Shown piece by piece: positions 36,701-45,961 of a stretch of 48,377 nucleotides of DNA; positions within the stretch are counted from its first letter, which is position 1; every line of letters starts with the position of its first letter. The notes under the pieces are model-generated. The model saw only the letters and a program-made list of their open reading frames with translations. It ran no database searches and had not been told where the DNA came from. The stretch is from an uncultured Acidobacteriota bacterium (GTDB taxonomy: Bacteria > Acidobacteriota > Vicinamibacteria > Vicinamibacterales > UBA8438), in contig CAJWLU010000025.1 in assembly GCA_913043225.1 (NCBI GenBank), positions 1-48,377 on the forward strand, in the 5' to 3' direction. A program made the translations under genes and the position numbers.

Positions 36701-37080
36701 CCCGACACCACCGTTTGGGCGACCAGGCGCCCCACCCAGACGGCACCGATCGCCAGCAGTACATTCGCTAGGACATTGGCAGCTGCCGGACCGCCCTCGC
36801 CGGCGCGGAGCAGAGCCAAGGTCTCGTTGCCGAAGGCCGAGAAGGTCGTGAATCCACCCAGAAGTCCGACGACCAGGAAAAGCCGGAGCCCGTCAGAGAG
36901 CCCGCCCCGCGTCTCGGCGAGCGCGGTGACGGCGCCGATGACGGCACACCCCACCACGTTGACGACCAGGGTGCCGTAGGGAACGCGGTCTCCCGCTGCC
37001 CCCTGCACCAGGCCCGCGAGCAGGAAGCGGGACACGGCACCCAGGAAGCCGCCGAGGCCGACCATCAAAAGCTGTGTCAT
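36697..37080 (-). CDS. crcB: Fluoride efflux channel Fluc/CrcB
   Basis: GGFLGAVSR, PYGTLVVN, GLLGGFTTFSAF. Confidence 0.95.
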   Translation of the reverse strand: MTQLLMVGLGGFLGAVSRFLLAGLVQGAAGDRVPYGTLVVNVVGCAVIGAVTALAETRGGLSDGLRLFLVVGLLGGFTTFSAFGNETLALLRAGEGGPAAANVLANVLLAIGAVWVGRLVAQTVVSG

Positions 37081-37300
37081 TTAGGCAGTCGCGGCGGATG
37101 CTACCACGTGACAGATGATGGGAATCTGGTCCGGGTGACTTGAAGAGGGTCTGGGGGATTGGCTAACCTTTGAGGTCTCCCTTGGTCACCGCAGGCACGG
37201 TCGGGTGCCACCGAGGCCTGGGGTTATCGAGATCATCCGGCCATTCGTGCTTCTAGTGCGTCTAACACGGAGCCGGGAAGCCAGCAGGGGAACAGCCGCC

Positions 37301-38101
37301 GTGGAGCAGGAAACCACCGTCTCTCAGGACCCGGTGCCAGGCGATTCGCCGGCGGCGCCAGTTCCGCCGGCCGACGCCTCGGCCACCATGATCGAGGCGC
37401 ACGGCCTGAGCAAGTACTACGGTCCGTTCGTGGCTGTGCACGATGCGACCTTTTCGATTCCTAAGGGCCAGATCGTGGCCTTCTTGGGACCGAACGGGGC
37501 CGGGAAGACGACGCTGATGCGGATGCTCACCGGGTTCCTGGCGCCGAGCGCGGGACGCGCGGCCTTAGCGGGGTTCGATGTCCGGGCCGAACGGCTTGAG
37601 GCGTCGAGGCGGCTCGGCTATCTGCCGGAGAGCGGGCCGCTCTATCCGGACATGACCCCGCTCGAGTTGTTGCAGTTTTTTGGCGAAGCCCGCGAGCTTA
37701 CCCCGTCCACGCTGAAGCGGCGCATCGATGCGGTGGTGGAGATCTGCGCGCTGGAACTGGTGCTCGAGAAGCCGATCGGCAAGCTGTCGAAGGGGTACAA
37801 GCAGCGGGTCGGGCTGTCGCAGGCGCTGCTCCACGATCCGGAGGTGCTGATCATGGACGAGCCGACTGCCGGTCTCGATCCGAACCAGATCAAGCAATTC
37901 CGAGACAACATTCAGCGGCTCGGCCGCACCAAGACGCTGCTGATCTCGACGCACATTCTGCAGGAGGTGGAGGCGGTCGCCGATCGGGTGCTGCTGATCA
38001 ACAACGGGCGGCTGGTGTTTGACGGCCCGGGGGACGAACTGGCCGAGAACGGTTCGCTCGAGGAACCCTTCTACAGGTTGACGGCTCAGCCTACAGGTTG
38101 A
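37301..38101 (+). CDS. ABC transporter ATP-binding protein (GldA-like)
   Basis: Walker A GPNGAGKT, LSKGYKQR signature, IMDEPTAGLDP, STH. Start uncertain (GTG 37301 or ATG 37388). Confidence 0.93.
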   Translation: MEQETTVSQDPVPGDSPAAPVPPADASATMIEAHGLSKYYGPFVAVHDATFSIPKGQIVAFLGPNGAGKTTLMRMLTGFLAPSAGRAALAGFDVRAERLEASRRLGYLPESGPLYPDMTPLELLQFFGEARELTPSTLKRRIDAVVEICALELVLEKPIGKLSKGYKQRVGLSQALLHDPEVLIMDEPTAGLDPNQIKQFRDNIQRLGRTKTLLISTHILQEVEAVADRVLLINNGRLVFDGPGDELAENGSLEEPFYRLTAQPTG

Positions 38102-38110
38102 CGGCTCAGC
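38071..38110 (+). repeat. Perfect 20-bp tandem duplication CTACAGGTTGACGGCTCAGC x2
   Basis: 38071-38090 is identical to 38091-38110. Confidence 0.97.
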
Positions 38111-38164
38111 CTCCGACTGGCGAGCCGGTCCGGACGAGTGACGCGGGGTGAGGGGCGAACGACG

Positions 38165-40891
38165 ATGGGACTCAAGGTGAACTTCACGATCGTCAAGGCG
38201 CTGGCCCGCCGGGATCTGCGCCTCTACTTCAGCAGCCCCGCCGGCTATGTGTTCCTCACGCTCTTCATCTTCCTGAGCGCGGCGGCCGCGTTCTGGCAGG
38301 ACCGATTCTTCCTCGACAACCTGGCCAACCTCGATCAGTTGAACCAGGTGTTCCCGTTCCTGCTGCTGGCGTTCATTCCCGCGCTGACCATGTCGGTGTG
38401 GTCCGAAGAGCGTCGACTGGGCACCTCCGAGCTGCTCTTCACCTTGCCGGCGACCGACTTCGAGGTCGTACTCGGCAAGTACATCGCCACCCTCGGCATC
38501 TACACCGCGTCGCTGGTGCTGTCGCTCAGCCACGTGCTGGTGCTGTTCTTCCTCGGCAGCCCCGATCTCGGGCTGATGTTTGGCAACTATGTCGGGTTCT
38601 GGCTGGTCGGCGCGGCGCTCATCCCGGTGGGCATGCTGGCATCGTTGTTGACTGTGAACACGACCGTCGCCTTCATCCTGGGCGCGCTTTTCTGCGGGGC
38701 GGTCATCTTCATCGACACGGCGGCGGGCGCCATCAGCGTGGATGCAGGGCGAGCGCTGGCTCCGCTCAGCGTCTTCAGCCCGTTCTGGGATTTCTCCAAA
38801 GGTGTGCTCACTCTGTCCGGGTTCGTGGCGTTTAGTTCCGTGGCTGGCTTCTTCATCTACCTGAACACGCTGTTGGTTAGCCGCCGGCACTGGCCCCGCG
38901 AAGCGGATGGTATGCCGATGTGGTCGCACCACACCGTGCGAGCCGTGGCGCTGGCGGTCGCGCTTATCGCCGCCAACACGGTGGTTGCCCGTGCGACGCT
39001 GCGGCTCGATGTCACGGCCGAGCGGCTGTCGTCGGTCAGCTCCGAGACCCAGCGTCTGCTGGCCGAGTTGCCCGACGATCGACCGGTGTTCATCCAGGCG
39101 TTTCTGAGTCCCACTGTGCCCGAGCCGTTCGTGCAGGCGCGCTCGAACCTGATCGGCATTCTCGAAGAGATCGACGCCCTGGCGGGCGGCAAGGTGCAGG
39201 TGCTGATTGAGGACACCGAGCCGTTCACCGACGCCGCGGTCAATGCGCGAGAGAAGTTCGGTATTCTGCCGCGCGCCATGCGTGACGTGGCCGCCGGTCG
39301 GGCGGAGGTGGCCGAGGTGTTCATGGGGGTGGCGTTCACCTCCGGCGCCGAACAACAGGTTATCCGGTTCTTCGACCGGGGGCTCCCGACCGAATACGAG
39401 ATCATGCGGACCATTCGCGTGGTGGCCGGCAGCGAGCGGAAGCGCGTGGGCGTCGTCGACACGATGGTCAAGATCTTTGGCGGCCAGAATCTGACCAACC
39501 AGCAGCAGATGCCGCGCTGGTCGGTGGTCGGTGAGCTCCAGAAGCAATACGAAGTGGTGGAGGTCAACGCCGAGTTCCCGGTGCCGCCCGACATCGACGC
39601 ACTGCTGGTGGCATTGCCCTCCTCGATGCAGACGGATCAGATGGTGAACGTCACCGACTACATCCGCTCGGGGAAGCCGGCTATGGTGCTCGTGGATCCA
39701 CTGCCGGCGGTCAACCCGACCCTGGCGCCGACCGAGTGGGTCGGCGAAGGGAACCCGTTTACCTATCCGCCCGGACAGGCGCGCCCCGGCCCCCGGGGGA
39801 ACGTGCGGCAGTGGATTGCCGACCTCGGGGTGGACTGGGAGCCGACGCGGATCGTGTGGGATGCCTACAACCCGCATCCCGACCTGTCCTACATGCCCCA
39901 GGAAGTAGTGTTCCTCGGCGCCGGAAACGAGAACCCGGACACCTTCAGCTCCGCAGCCGACATCGCCAAGGACCTGCAGGAGCTGGTCTTCCTGTATGCC
40001 GGCTCACTCGGTTCTGGCGAGGACCCGGATGTGACCTTCGAGCCGCTCCTGCGCACCGGCGCAGTGTCGGGCGACAGCGGCTACTTTACCCTCGTGCAGC
40101 AGAGCTTCTTCGGGCCCCAGATCAACCCGAACCCGGTGCGCGAGCAGAACGAAGGCGACTACGTCGTCGCGGCCCGCATCCGTTCGGATCAACCGGTCGC
40201 GGCGCCGGCCGCCGCCGGCGAGGAGAGCGCCGAGGAGGTGGATCCCGCCGACGCTGGAGCCTCCTGGACGACCGAGGGTCCGCTCGATCTTGTGGTGGTC
40301 GCCGACCTCGACTTCATCGGCGAGCAGTTCTTCCAGATCCGCGAGACGGCGCCCGGCAATCTGAACTTCGACAACATCACGTTCTTCCTGAACGCTATAG
40401 ACGAACTGCTCGAGGACGATTCGTTCATCGCCCTCCGGAGCCGGCGCGCCCGCCATCGGACCCTCGCGCGGGTCGAGGCCCAGACCGCCGAGTTTGTCGA
40501 GCAGCGGACGTTGGACGAGCAGCAGGCCGAGGCCGAGGCCGAGGAGGCGCTGACCGAGGCGCAGACCCGTCTCGACGAGCGAGTGGCTGAGGTGCAGGAC
40601 CGCACTGACATCGACGCGCAGGCCAAGCAGATCATGGCCCGCAACCTCCAAGAGGTGGAGAACCGTCGCTTGCAGGTACTCTCGACCAACATCGAGACTG
40701 AGAAGCAGACCAAGGTCCGGGCGAGCCTCGAGCGGATGGAAACCCAGATCCGCCGGATTCAGAGCACCATCAAAACCTTTGCGATCCTGCTGCCGCCGGT
40801 CCCGGTGGTGGTGCTGGGTCTGGTAACCTTCGCCCGCCGACAGCGGCGGGAGCGGGAAGGTGCTGCTGCGGCCCGGCGGCTCCGTGAGTAG
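38165..40891 (+). CDS. ABC-2 permease (GldF-like) fused to a GldG-like periplasmic domain
   Basis: YFSSPAGY, IPALTM.VWSEERRLGT.ELL.TLP, VLGKY; then RLDVTAE..SS.S.ET, EYEI.R.I, VVVADLDF, N..FFLNAID.L; C-terminal coiled coil and TM. Confidence 0.88.
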   Translation: MGLKVNFTIVKALARRDLRLYFSSPAGYVFLTLFIFLSAAAAFWQDRFFLDNLANLDQLNQVFPFLLLAFIPALTMSVWSEERRLGTSELLFTLPATDFEVVLGKYIATLGIYTASLVLSLSHVLVLFFLGSPDLGLMFGNYVGFWLVGAALIPVGMLASLLTVNTTVAFILGALFCGAVIFIDTAAGAISVDAGRALAPLSVFSPFWDFSKGVLTLSGFVAFSSVAGFFIYLNTLLVSRRHWPREADGMPMWSHHTVRAVALAVALIAANTVVARATLRLDVTAERLSSVSSETQRLLAELPDDRPVFIQAFLSPTVPEPFVQARSNLIGILEEIDALAGGKVQVLIEDTEPFTDAAVNAREKFGILPRAMRDVAAGRAEVAEVFMGVAFTSGAEQQVIRFFDRGLPTEYEIMRTIRVVAGSERKRVGVVDTMVKIFGGQNLTNQQQMPRWSVVGELQKQYEVVEVNAEFPVPPDIDALLVALPSSMQTDQMVNVTDYIRSGKPAMVLVDPLPAVNPTLAPTEWVGEGNPFTYPPGQARPGPRGNVRQWIADLGVDWEPTRIVWDAYNPHPDLSYMPQEVVFLGAGNENPDTFSSAADIAKDLQELVFLYAGSLGSGEDPDVTFEPLLRTGAVSGDSGYFTLVQQSFFGPQINPNPVREQNEGDYVVAARIRSDQPVAAPAAAGEESAEEVDPADAGASWTTEGPLDLVVVADLDFIGEQFFQIRETAPGNLNFDNITFFLNAIDELLEDDSFIALRSRRARHRTLARVEAQTAEFVEQRTLDEQQAEAEAEEALTEAQTRLDERVAEVQDRTDIDAQAKQIMARNLQEVENRRLQVLSTNIETEKQTKVRASLERMETQIRRIQSTIKTFAILLPPVPVVVLGLVTFARRQRREREGAAAARRLRE

Positions 40892-40895
40892 GACC

Positions 40896-40916
40896 GTAGG
40901 ACGGGCCTTCAGGCCC
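40896..40916 (+). repeat. GTAG-type REP-like hairpin
   Basis: GTAG-GAC-GGGCCT-TC-AGGCCC just after the stop codon; resembles the element at 44621-44642. Confidence 0.5.
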
Positions 40917-40982
40917 ATCAACGTGATCGACGTGGCAACCCCTCAGGACCGGTGAAGGGGCCGACCAGGTAGGACCAGCACG

Positions 40983-42404
40983 ATGAGCGAACTGAAGAAA
41001 ACGACGGTGTTTGGTGGCGCGGCGTTGGTGCTGGTGGTGCTGGCGCTGGTGACGGGGCCTCGGCGGGCGGCGCCGGATGCGTTCTTCGACGTGGGCGAGA
41101 CGTTCTTTTCGGAGTTCACCGACCCCGAGTTGGCGACGTCGTTGGAGGTCATTGCGTTCGACGATGAGACCGCCGCCGCGGCGACTTTCAGGGTGCTGAA
41201 CCGTAACGGGCTTTGGACGATCCCGTCTCACCACGACTACCCGGCCGACGGCGCAGAGCGGCTGGCGAACACCGCGGCCGGCATGATCTCCATCACTAAG
41301 GACGACTTCCGATCTGACAGCGTTACCGACCATGAGGCATTCGGCGTGATCGACCCGCTCGATGAAGGGGTGAGTACCTTGCAGGGGCGCGGTCGACGCG
41401 TGACCTTCAAGGGGGCCAGCGAGCAGGTGCTCGCGGATCTCATCATTGGCGACGCGGTCGAGGGACGGCCTGGCTACAACTTCGTCCGGGTGCCGGATCA
41501 GAGCCGGGTCTATGCCGCACGGACCGACATCGGCATCTCCACCGACTTCAAGGACTGGATCGAGACCAACCTGCTCGGAGTCGAACGAGACGACGTCAAG
41601 CGGGTGGTGCTCAACGAGTATCAGGTCGACGAGCGCACTGGCATGGTGCGGCGCCGCGGCGAGTTTGCCGTCAACTGGATCGAGCAGGATGTCTGGGAAG
41701 GCAGCGAGGTGCCGGCTGGCAAGGAGGTCGACTATGTCCAGATGAACCTGCTGGTCGGTTCGTTGATGACCGTCGAGATCGTCGGCGTCCGCCCCAAGCC
41801 CACAGGACTCACCGGCAATTTGCGTGCGGCCTTCGAAGCGCGCGAGATCACCAACGCCGATCTGCAGTCCATGCAGTCGCGCGGGTTCTACCCCACTCAG
41901 GAAGGCGACCTGCTATCGAACGAGGGCGAGCTGCTGGTCCGGACCGATCTCGGCGTGCTCTACACCATGAGGTGGGGAGAGATTCTTTACGGGAGCGGTA
42001 ATGCCATCTCGGTCGGCGACGACACGAGCGACGACGAACAGACTGGCGGTGGCGAGAATCGCTACGTCATGATCAATGCCGAGTTCGATCCTACCGCGCT
42101 GCCCGAGCCGGCCATGCCGGCTAATCGCGACTTCGACGGCAAGCCGGAAGACCAGTGGAGTGACGCGGACCGTGAGAACAAGCGGTTGGCCGACTTGCAC
42201 GACCAGTGGCAACAGCGCGTTGAAGCCGGCCAGGCGCGCGCCGAAGACCTGGCCACCCGGTTCGCCAACTGGTACTACGTGGTCTCAGCTGGCAGCTACA
42301 CCCGGCTCCACAAGACCCGGGACGAGCTGCTCAAGGACATCGAGGAAGCCGAGACTGACCCGGCCGGTGCCCGCGGTCCCGCTCTAACCGCCGTCCGACC
42401 CTGA
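40983..42404 (+). CDS. DUF4340-like periplasmic partner of the Gld-type ABC system
   Basis: N-terminal TM, WTIPSHHDYPAD, LIIG...FVR, DWIE..LL; third gene of the GldA/F/G-like operon. Confidence 0.75.
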   Translation: MSELKKTTVFGGAALVLVVLALVTGPRRAAPDAFFDVGETFFSEFTDPELATSLEVIAFDDETAAAATFRVLNRNGLWTIPSHHDYPADGAERLANTAAGMISITKDDFRSDSVTDHEAFGVIDPLDEGVSTLQGRGRRVTFKGASEQVLADLIIGDAVEGRPGYNFVRVPDQSRVYAARTDIGISTDFKDWIETNLLGVERDDVKRVVLNEYQVDERTGMVRRRGEFAVNWIEQDVWEGSEVPAGKEVDYVQMNLLVGSLMTVEIVGVRPKPTGLTGNLRAAFEAREITNADLQSMQSRGFYPTQEGDLLSNEGELLVRTDLGVLYTMRWGEILYGSGNAISVGDDTSDDEQTGGGENRYVMINAEFDPTALPEPAMPANRDFDGKPEDQWSDADRENKRLADLHDQWQQRVEAGQARAEDLATRFANWYYVVSAGSYTRLHKTRDELLKDIEEAETDPAGARGPALTAVRP

Positions 42405-42446
42405 TCTAGCCAGCGCGGATCTGGAGCCACCGAGACCGCGGTGCAG

Positions 42447-42464
42447 GATGCTATCTATAGCATC
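42447..42464. promoter_or_regulatory. 18-bp palindrome GATGCTAT-CT-ATAGCATC, possible operator
   Basis: Perfect 8-bp arms, AT-rich relative to background, in the intergenic region before leuC. Confidence 0.35.
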
Positions 42465-42645
42465 AATCCAAGCCTCCCCCCGGTTCGCCGACGCTGGTCG
42501 TGGTCGGTGTGACGCTGATGCTTGGCGCAAAGCTGGCCTGCGTGCTTGCCCGCCCGTCGCGCCGCCGGCACCGGTCTCATACTGGCCCTGAAGGAGCTCG
42601 AGCGGGGTACGGCCCCACCCGTTGGGGATCTGGTACAGTGATCGG

Positions 42646-44034
42646 ATGGGCAGGACCCTTCTGCAGAAAGTCTGGGATCTCCACACGGTTCGAAAGCTCC
42701 CCACCGGACAGACGCAGCTGTTCATAGGGCTTCACCTCATCCATGAGGTGACGACGCCGCAGGCCTTCGACATGCTCCGCGCCCGCGGCATTGGGGTGGC
42801 ATTCCCCGGCCGGACCTTCGCGACGACCGATCACATCATCCCGACGCTGGACCAGAGCCGGCCCTTCGAGGACCCGCTCGCCGAGACGATGCTTGCAGCG
42901 CTCGAAAAGAACTGCGCCGAGTACAGCATCCCGTTCTGGAATCTGGATAGCGACCGTCAGGGCATAGTGCATGTGATCGGGCCGGAGCTTGGACTAACCC
43001 AGCCCGGCATGACCATCGCGTGCGGCGACAGCCACACCTCGACTCACGGAGCGCTCGGAGCCGTGGCGTTCGGGATCGGCACCTCGCAGGTGCGCGACGT
43101 CCTAGCCTCGCAGTCGCTCGCGTTCGACCCGCTCAAGGTGCGCCGGATCACGGTCGATGGACAGCTCGCCTCCGGCGTGTTCGCCAAGGACGTCATCCTT
43201 GAGATCATCGCGCGGCTGGGGGTCAAGGGTGGCGTCGGTCACGCCTATGAGTACGGCGGCTCCGCCATCGAGGCGATGGGTATCGACGAGCGGCTGACCA
43301 TTTGCAACATGTCTATCGAGGGGGGCGCCCGGGTTGGCTACGTCAATCCGGACCAGACCACGTTCGACTACCTCCGCGGGCGGCCCTTCGCGCCGCAAGG
43401 TGAGGCGTTTGATCGGGCCGTCTCCTGGTGGGGTTCGACCGCTTCGGATCCGGATGCCGCCTACGACGACGTCGTCGAGATTCCGGCCTCCGAGATCGAG
43501 CCGCGGGTGACTTGGGGGATCAATCCTGGCCAGTCGGTTGGTATTAGCGACACGATTCCGGCGACCGGCGCCGGGGTGGACGAGGCGCTCGCGTTCATGG
43601 GGTTGAGCGGCGGTGCCCCGATCCAGGGCACCAAGATCGACGTGGCCTTCGTCGGGTCCTGCACGAATTCACGGCTCTCGGATCTGCGGGAGGCGGCGCG
43701 CATTGCGAGAGGCCAGCGGGTGGCGTCGCATGTGAACGCGCTGGTTGTCCCTGGGTCGCAGGCGGTGCGGGCGGCCGCCGAGCAGGAAGGACTCGACCAG
43801 GTGTTCCGCGACGCCGGGTTCGAATGGCGTGGCGCCGGCTGCTCGATGTGCCTGGCGATGAATCCTGATCGTCTCAATGGTGAGCAGGTGTGCGCCTCAT
43901 CGTCGAATCGTAACTTCAAGGGCCGACAGGGGAGCCCGACCGGACGCACGCTGCTGATGAGCCCTGCCATGGTTGCGGCCGCGGCGCTGGCTGGTGAGGT
44001 GGTCGATGTCAGGACGGTGATGAGCCATGTCTAG
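42646..44034 (+). CDS. leuC: 3-isopropylmalate dehydratase large subunit
   Basis: [52 protein letters not shown]. Confidence 0.97.
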   Translation: MGRTLLQKVWDLHTVRKLPTGQTQLFIGLHLIHEVTTPQAFDMLRARGIGVAFPGRTFATTDHIIPTLDQSRPFEDPLAETMLAALEKNCAEYSIPFWNLDSDRQGIVHVIGPELGLTQPGMTIACGDSHTSTHGALGAVAFGIGTSQVRDVLASQSLAFDPLKVRRITVDGQLASGVFAKDVILEIIARLGVKGGVGHAYEYGGSAIEAMGIDERLTICNMSIEGGARVGYVNPDQTTFDYLRGRPFAPQGEAFDRAVSWWGSTASDPDAAYDDVVEIPASEIEPRVTWGINPGQSVGISDTIPATGAGVDEALAFMGLSGGAPIQGTKIDVAFVGSCTNSRLSDLREAARIARGQRVASHVNALVVPGSQAVRAAAEQEGLDQVFRDAGFEWRGAGCSMCLAMNPDRLNGEQVCASSSNRNFKGRQGSPTGRTLLMSPAMVAAAALAGEVVDVRTVMSHV

Positions 44035-44617
44035 CCAGATTGACCGGATCGAGGGTTCGGGGATGCCGCTCCGCGGCGACAACATCGACACCGACCGAAT
44101 CATTCCAGCGCGATTCCTCAAGGCGATCACGTTCGACGGCCTGGGCGACCACGTATTCGAAGATGACCGGGCGGCGATGGCCGATCACCCGTTCTCGAAC
44201 CCGGCTTACCGTCAGGCTAAGGTGCTACTTGCGAACGAGAACTTCGGGTCTGGCTCGTCTCGGGAGCATGCGCCGCAGGCGCTGAAACGGTGGGGAATCG
44301 AAGCCTGTGTCGGCGAGTCATTCTCAGAGATCTTCCGGGGGAACTCGCTCGCCATCGGGCTGGCGTGCGTCACCGTGTCGCGCGAGGCCGTGGAGCAACT
44401 GATGTCACTGGTCGAGACGGCCCCGGACACGCCCTTCTCTCTGTCGCTTCAGGATCGGAGCCTCTCGGCTGACGATCTGCGGGTGGAGATCGGCGTTGAT
44501 AACTCGGTGCGCGACGCGTTGCTCAACGGCACCTGGGACGCGACCGGCATGCTGCTCGACGACTTCGACGTCGTCCGCGGCGTGGCCGAGCGGGTCCCCT
44601 ATATCCGCGGGTTCTGA
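44027..44617 (+). CDS. leuD: 3-isopropylmalate dehydratase small subunit
   Basis: [33 protein letters not shown]. Confidence 0.96.
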   Translation: MSSQIDRIEGSGMPLRGDNIDTDRIIPARFLKAITFDGLGDHVFEDDRAAMADHPFSNPAYRQAKVLLANENFGSGSSREHAPQALKRWGIEACVGESFSEIFRGNSLAIGLACVTVSREAVEQLMSLVETAPDTPFSLSLQDRSLSADDLRVEIGVDNSVRDALLNGTWDATGMLLDDFDVVRGVAERVPYIRGF

Positions 44618-44620
44618 GCG

Positions 44621-44642
44621 GCGGGCTGAAGCCCCGCACTAC
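44621..44642 (-). repeat. GTAG-type REP hairpin
   Basis: Minus strand reads GTAG-T-GCGGGGCT-TC-AGCCCGC immediately after the leuD stop. Confidence 0.6.
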
Positions 44643-44946
44643 AGGCTCAGTTCGCGGTGTCAGACGACGATTGCGGTCTCGAAGTAGCGTGGACTGAACA
44701 GGGTCCAGTCGCCGACCGACTCGGGCAGGGCGAATCACGCGCCGGCCGCCGACGGAGCTGTGCCCGCCTCGAACGTTCTATGCTCCACCGCTTCCATCAG
44801 GTCGAGCACGTCGCTGTAGTGACCAACCGCTCGACCGTTGTCTGGTCAGAGTGCGGGCATCCAGGCCGTCCCCAGGATGGCTCCTGCCCCTTTCACTACC
44901 GCACGCCTGGGCAGCGAACGAGCAAGGTCTCTCGTTGAAGCTCCTC

Positions 44947-45840
44947 CTACGTTTTGCTTCCGTCGACGTGGGCTTGGGCTGCTCGGAGGAACGCCTCGGA
45001 GGCATGCGAGAGCTCGCCCGCCTTCCTGTAGACCAGGCGCAACTCCCGTGGCATACCTAGCTGCGGCACCCGCACCGCGACCAACTGTTTCCGGGCGAGT
45101 TCGGCGAGGGCGCACCGCCGAGGCAGCAGCGCCACGCCGAGTCCCATCTCCACCGCGCGCTTGATGCCGTCAAGACTGGCCAGCGAGATCTGGATGTTGA
45201 TCGGGGCGTGCTTTTCCTCGAACAGCCGAAGCACCCCCTCGCGCCGGGGCGAATAGTCGTTGTGGGCGATAACGGTCTGTTTGCCGAACTCCTTCATGGT
45301 GATGTGGCGCCGTTTGGACAGTGGGTGGCCAGGACGTACTAGCATCACCAGTTCGTCGACCCCGAGCGAGACTGAGACCAGGCCACGTTCCGCCGGTTCG
45401 AAGGTTACGAAGCCGAAGTCCAGGCTTCGGTTCAGCACCTCACCCGGAATCTGTCTGGAGTGCACGCGTCGCATCTCGACCTGTGCACCTGGGTGGGCGT
45501 CACGAAATCGGTCCACGATGGGCAGTAGCACTTGCACGGCGGCTTCGTTGACTCCGATCACCACTCGACCCCGCCTGAGCTCCTGGAGCTCCCGGACGGC
45601 AAGATGCGCCTCGCTCTGAAGCCGGGTCAGCCGTTCGGCGTAGTCGAGCAGCACCACGCCTGCCTCGGTCAGCCGGCCGTTCTTCGACGACCGGTCGAAG
45701 AGCCGCTCCTTCAGTTCGGTCTCGAGCCGTCGAATGGTCTGGCTGACGGCCGGTTGGGTGCGATGCAGCTTAGCGGCGGCACGAGAGAAGCTCCGCTCGG
45801 CGGCCACGGCCTGAAACACCTGCAGGTCACTCAGTTCCAT
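44947..45840 (-). CDS. LysR-family transcriptional regulator, divergent from leuA
   Basis: SFSRAAAKLHRTQPAVSQTIRRLE..L.ERLFDR HTH; IKRAVEMGLGVALLP. Confidence 0.96.
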   Translation of the reverse strand: MELSDLQVFQAVAAERSFSRAAAKLHRTQPAVSQTIRRLETELKERLFDRSSKNGRLTEAGVVLLDYAERLTRLQSEAHLAVRELQELRRGRVVIGVNEAAVQVLLPIVDRFRDAHPGAQVEMRRVHSRQIPGEVLNRSLDFGFVTFEPAERGLVSVSLGVDELVMLVRPGHPLSKRRHITMKEFGKQTVIAHNDYSPRREGVLRLFEEKHAPINIQISLASLDGIKRAVEMGLGVALLPRRCALAELARKQLVAVRVPQLGMPRELRLVYRKAGELSHASEAFLRAAQAHVDGSKT

Positions 45841-45844
45841 TGGC

Positions 45845-45905
45845 CGGTATATGAAATGTAGTTATTATATATTAATAATTATAATCTTGACTTGGTGTCT
45901 TAATG
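45845..45905. promoter_or_regulatory. AT-rich divergent promoter with probable LysR-binding inverted repeat
   Basis: TTATTA-TATAT-TAATAA at 45862-45878 and TTGACT at 45887-45892; the most AT-rich patch I noticed in the window. Confidence 0.6.
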
Positions 45906-45961
45906 GTCGTGAACTAGGGGGGTCAGCAAGGTAGGGCAGGTGACCAACCAGGAGAGGCAAC

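Noticed and set aside
37081..37200. Fluoride riboswitch upstream of crcB
   Set aside because: The GAUG...UUC.CC / CUGAUGAC consensus is not present, and TGG-TAGCAT lies only 17 nt before the start.
38071..38110. CRISPR repeat or target-site duplication
   Set aside because: Two adjacent copies with no spacer or intervening element and no cas genes.
44639..44860. Selenoprotein read-through of in-frame TGA codons
   Set aside because: No Cys/Sec-type motif context or SECIS-like hairpin seen; decay is the simpler explanation.
45900..45961. Leucine attenuator leader peptide before leuA
   Set aside because: No short Leu-rich ORF or terminator hairpin in the spacer.
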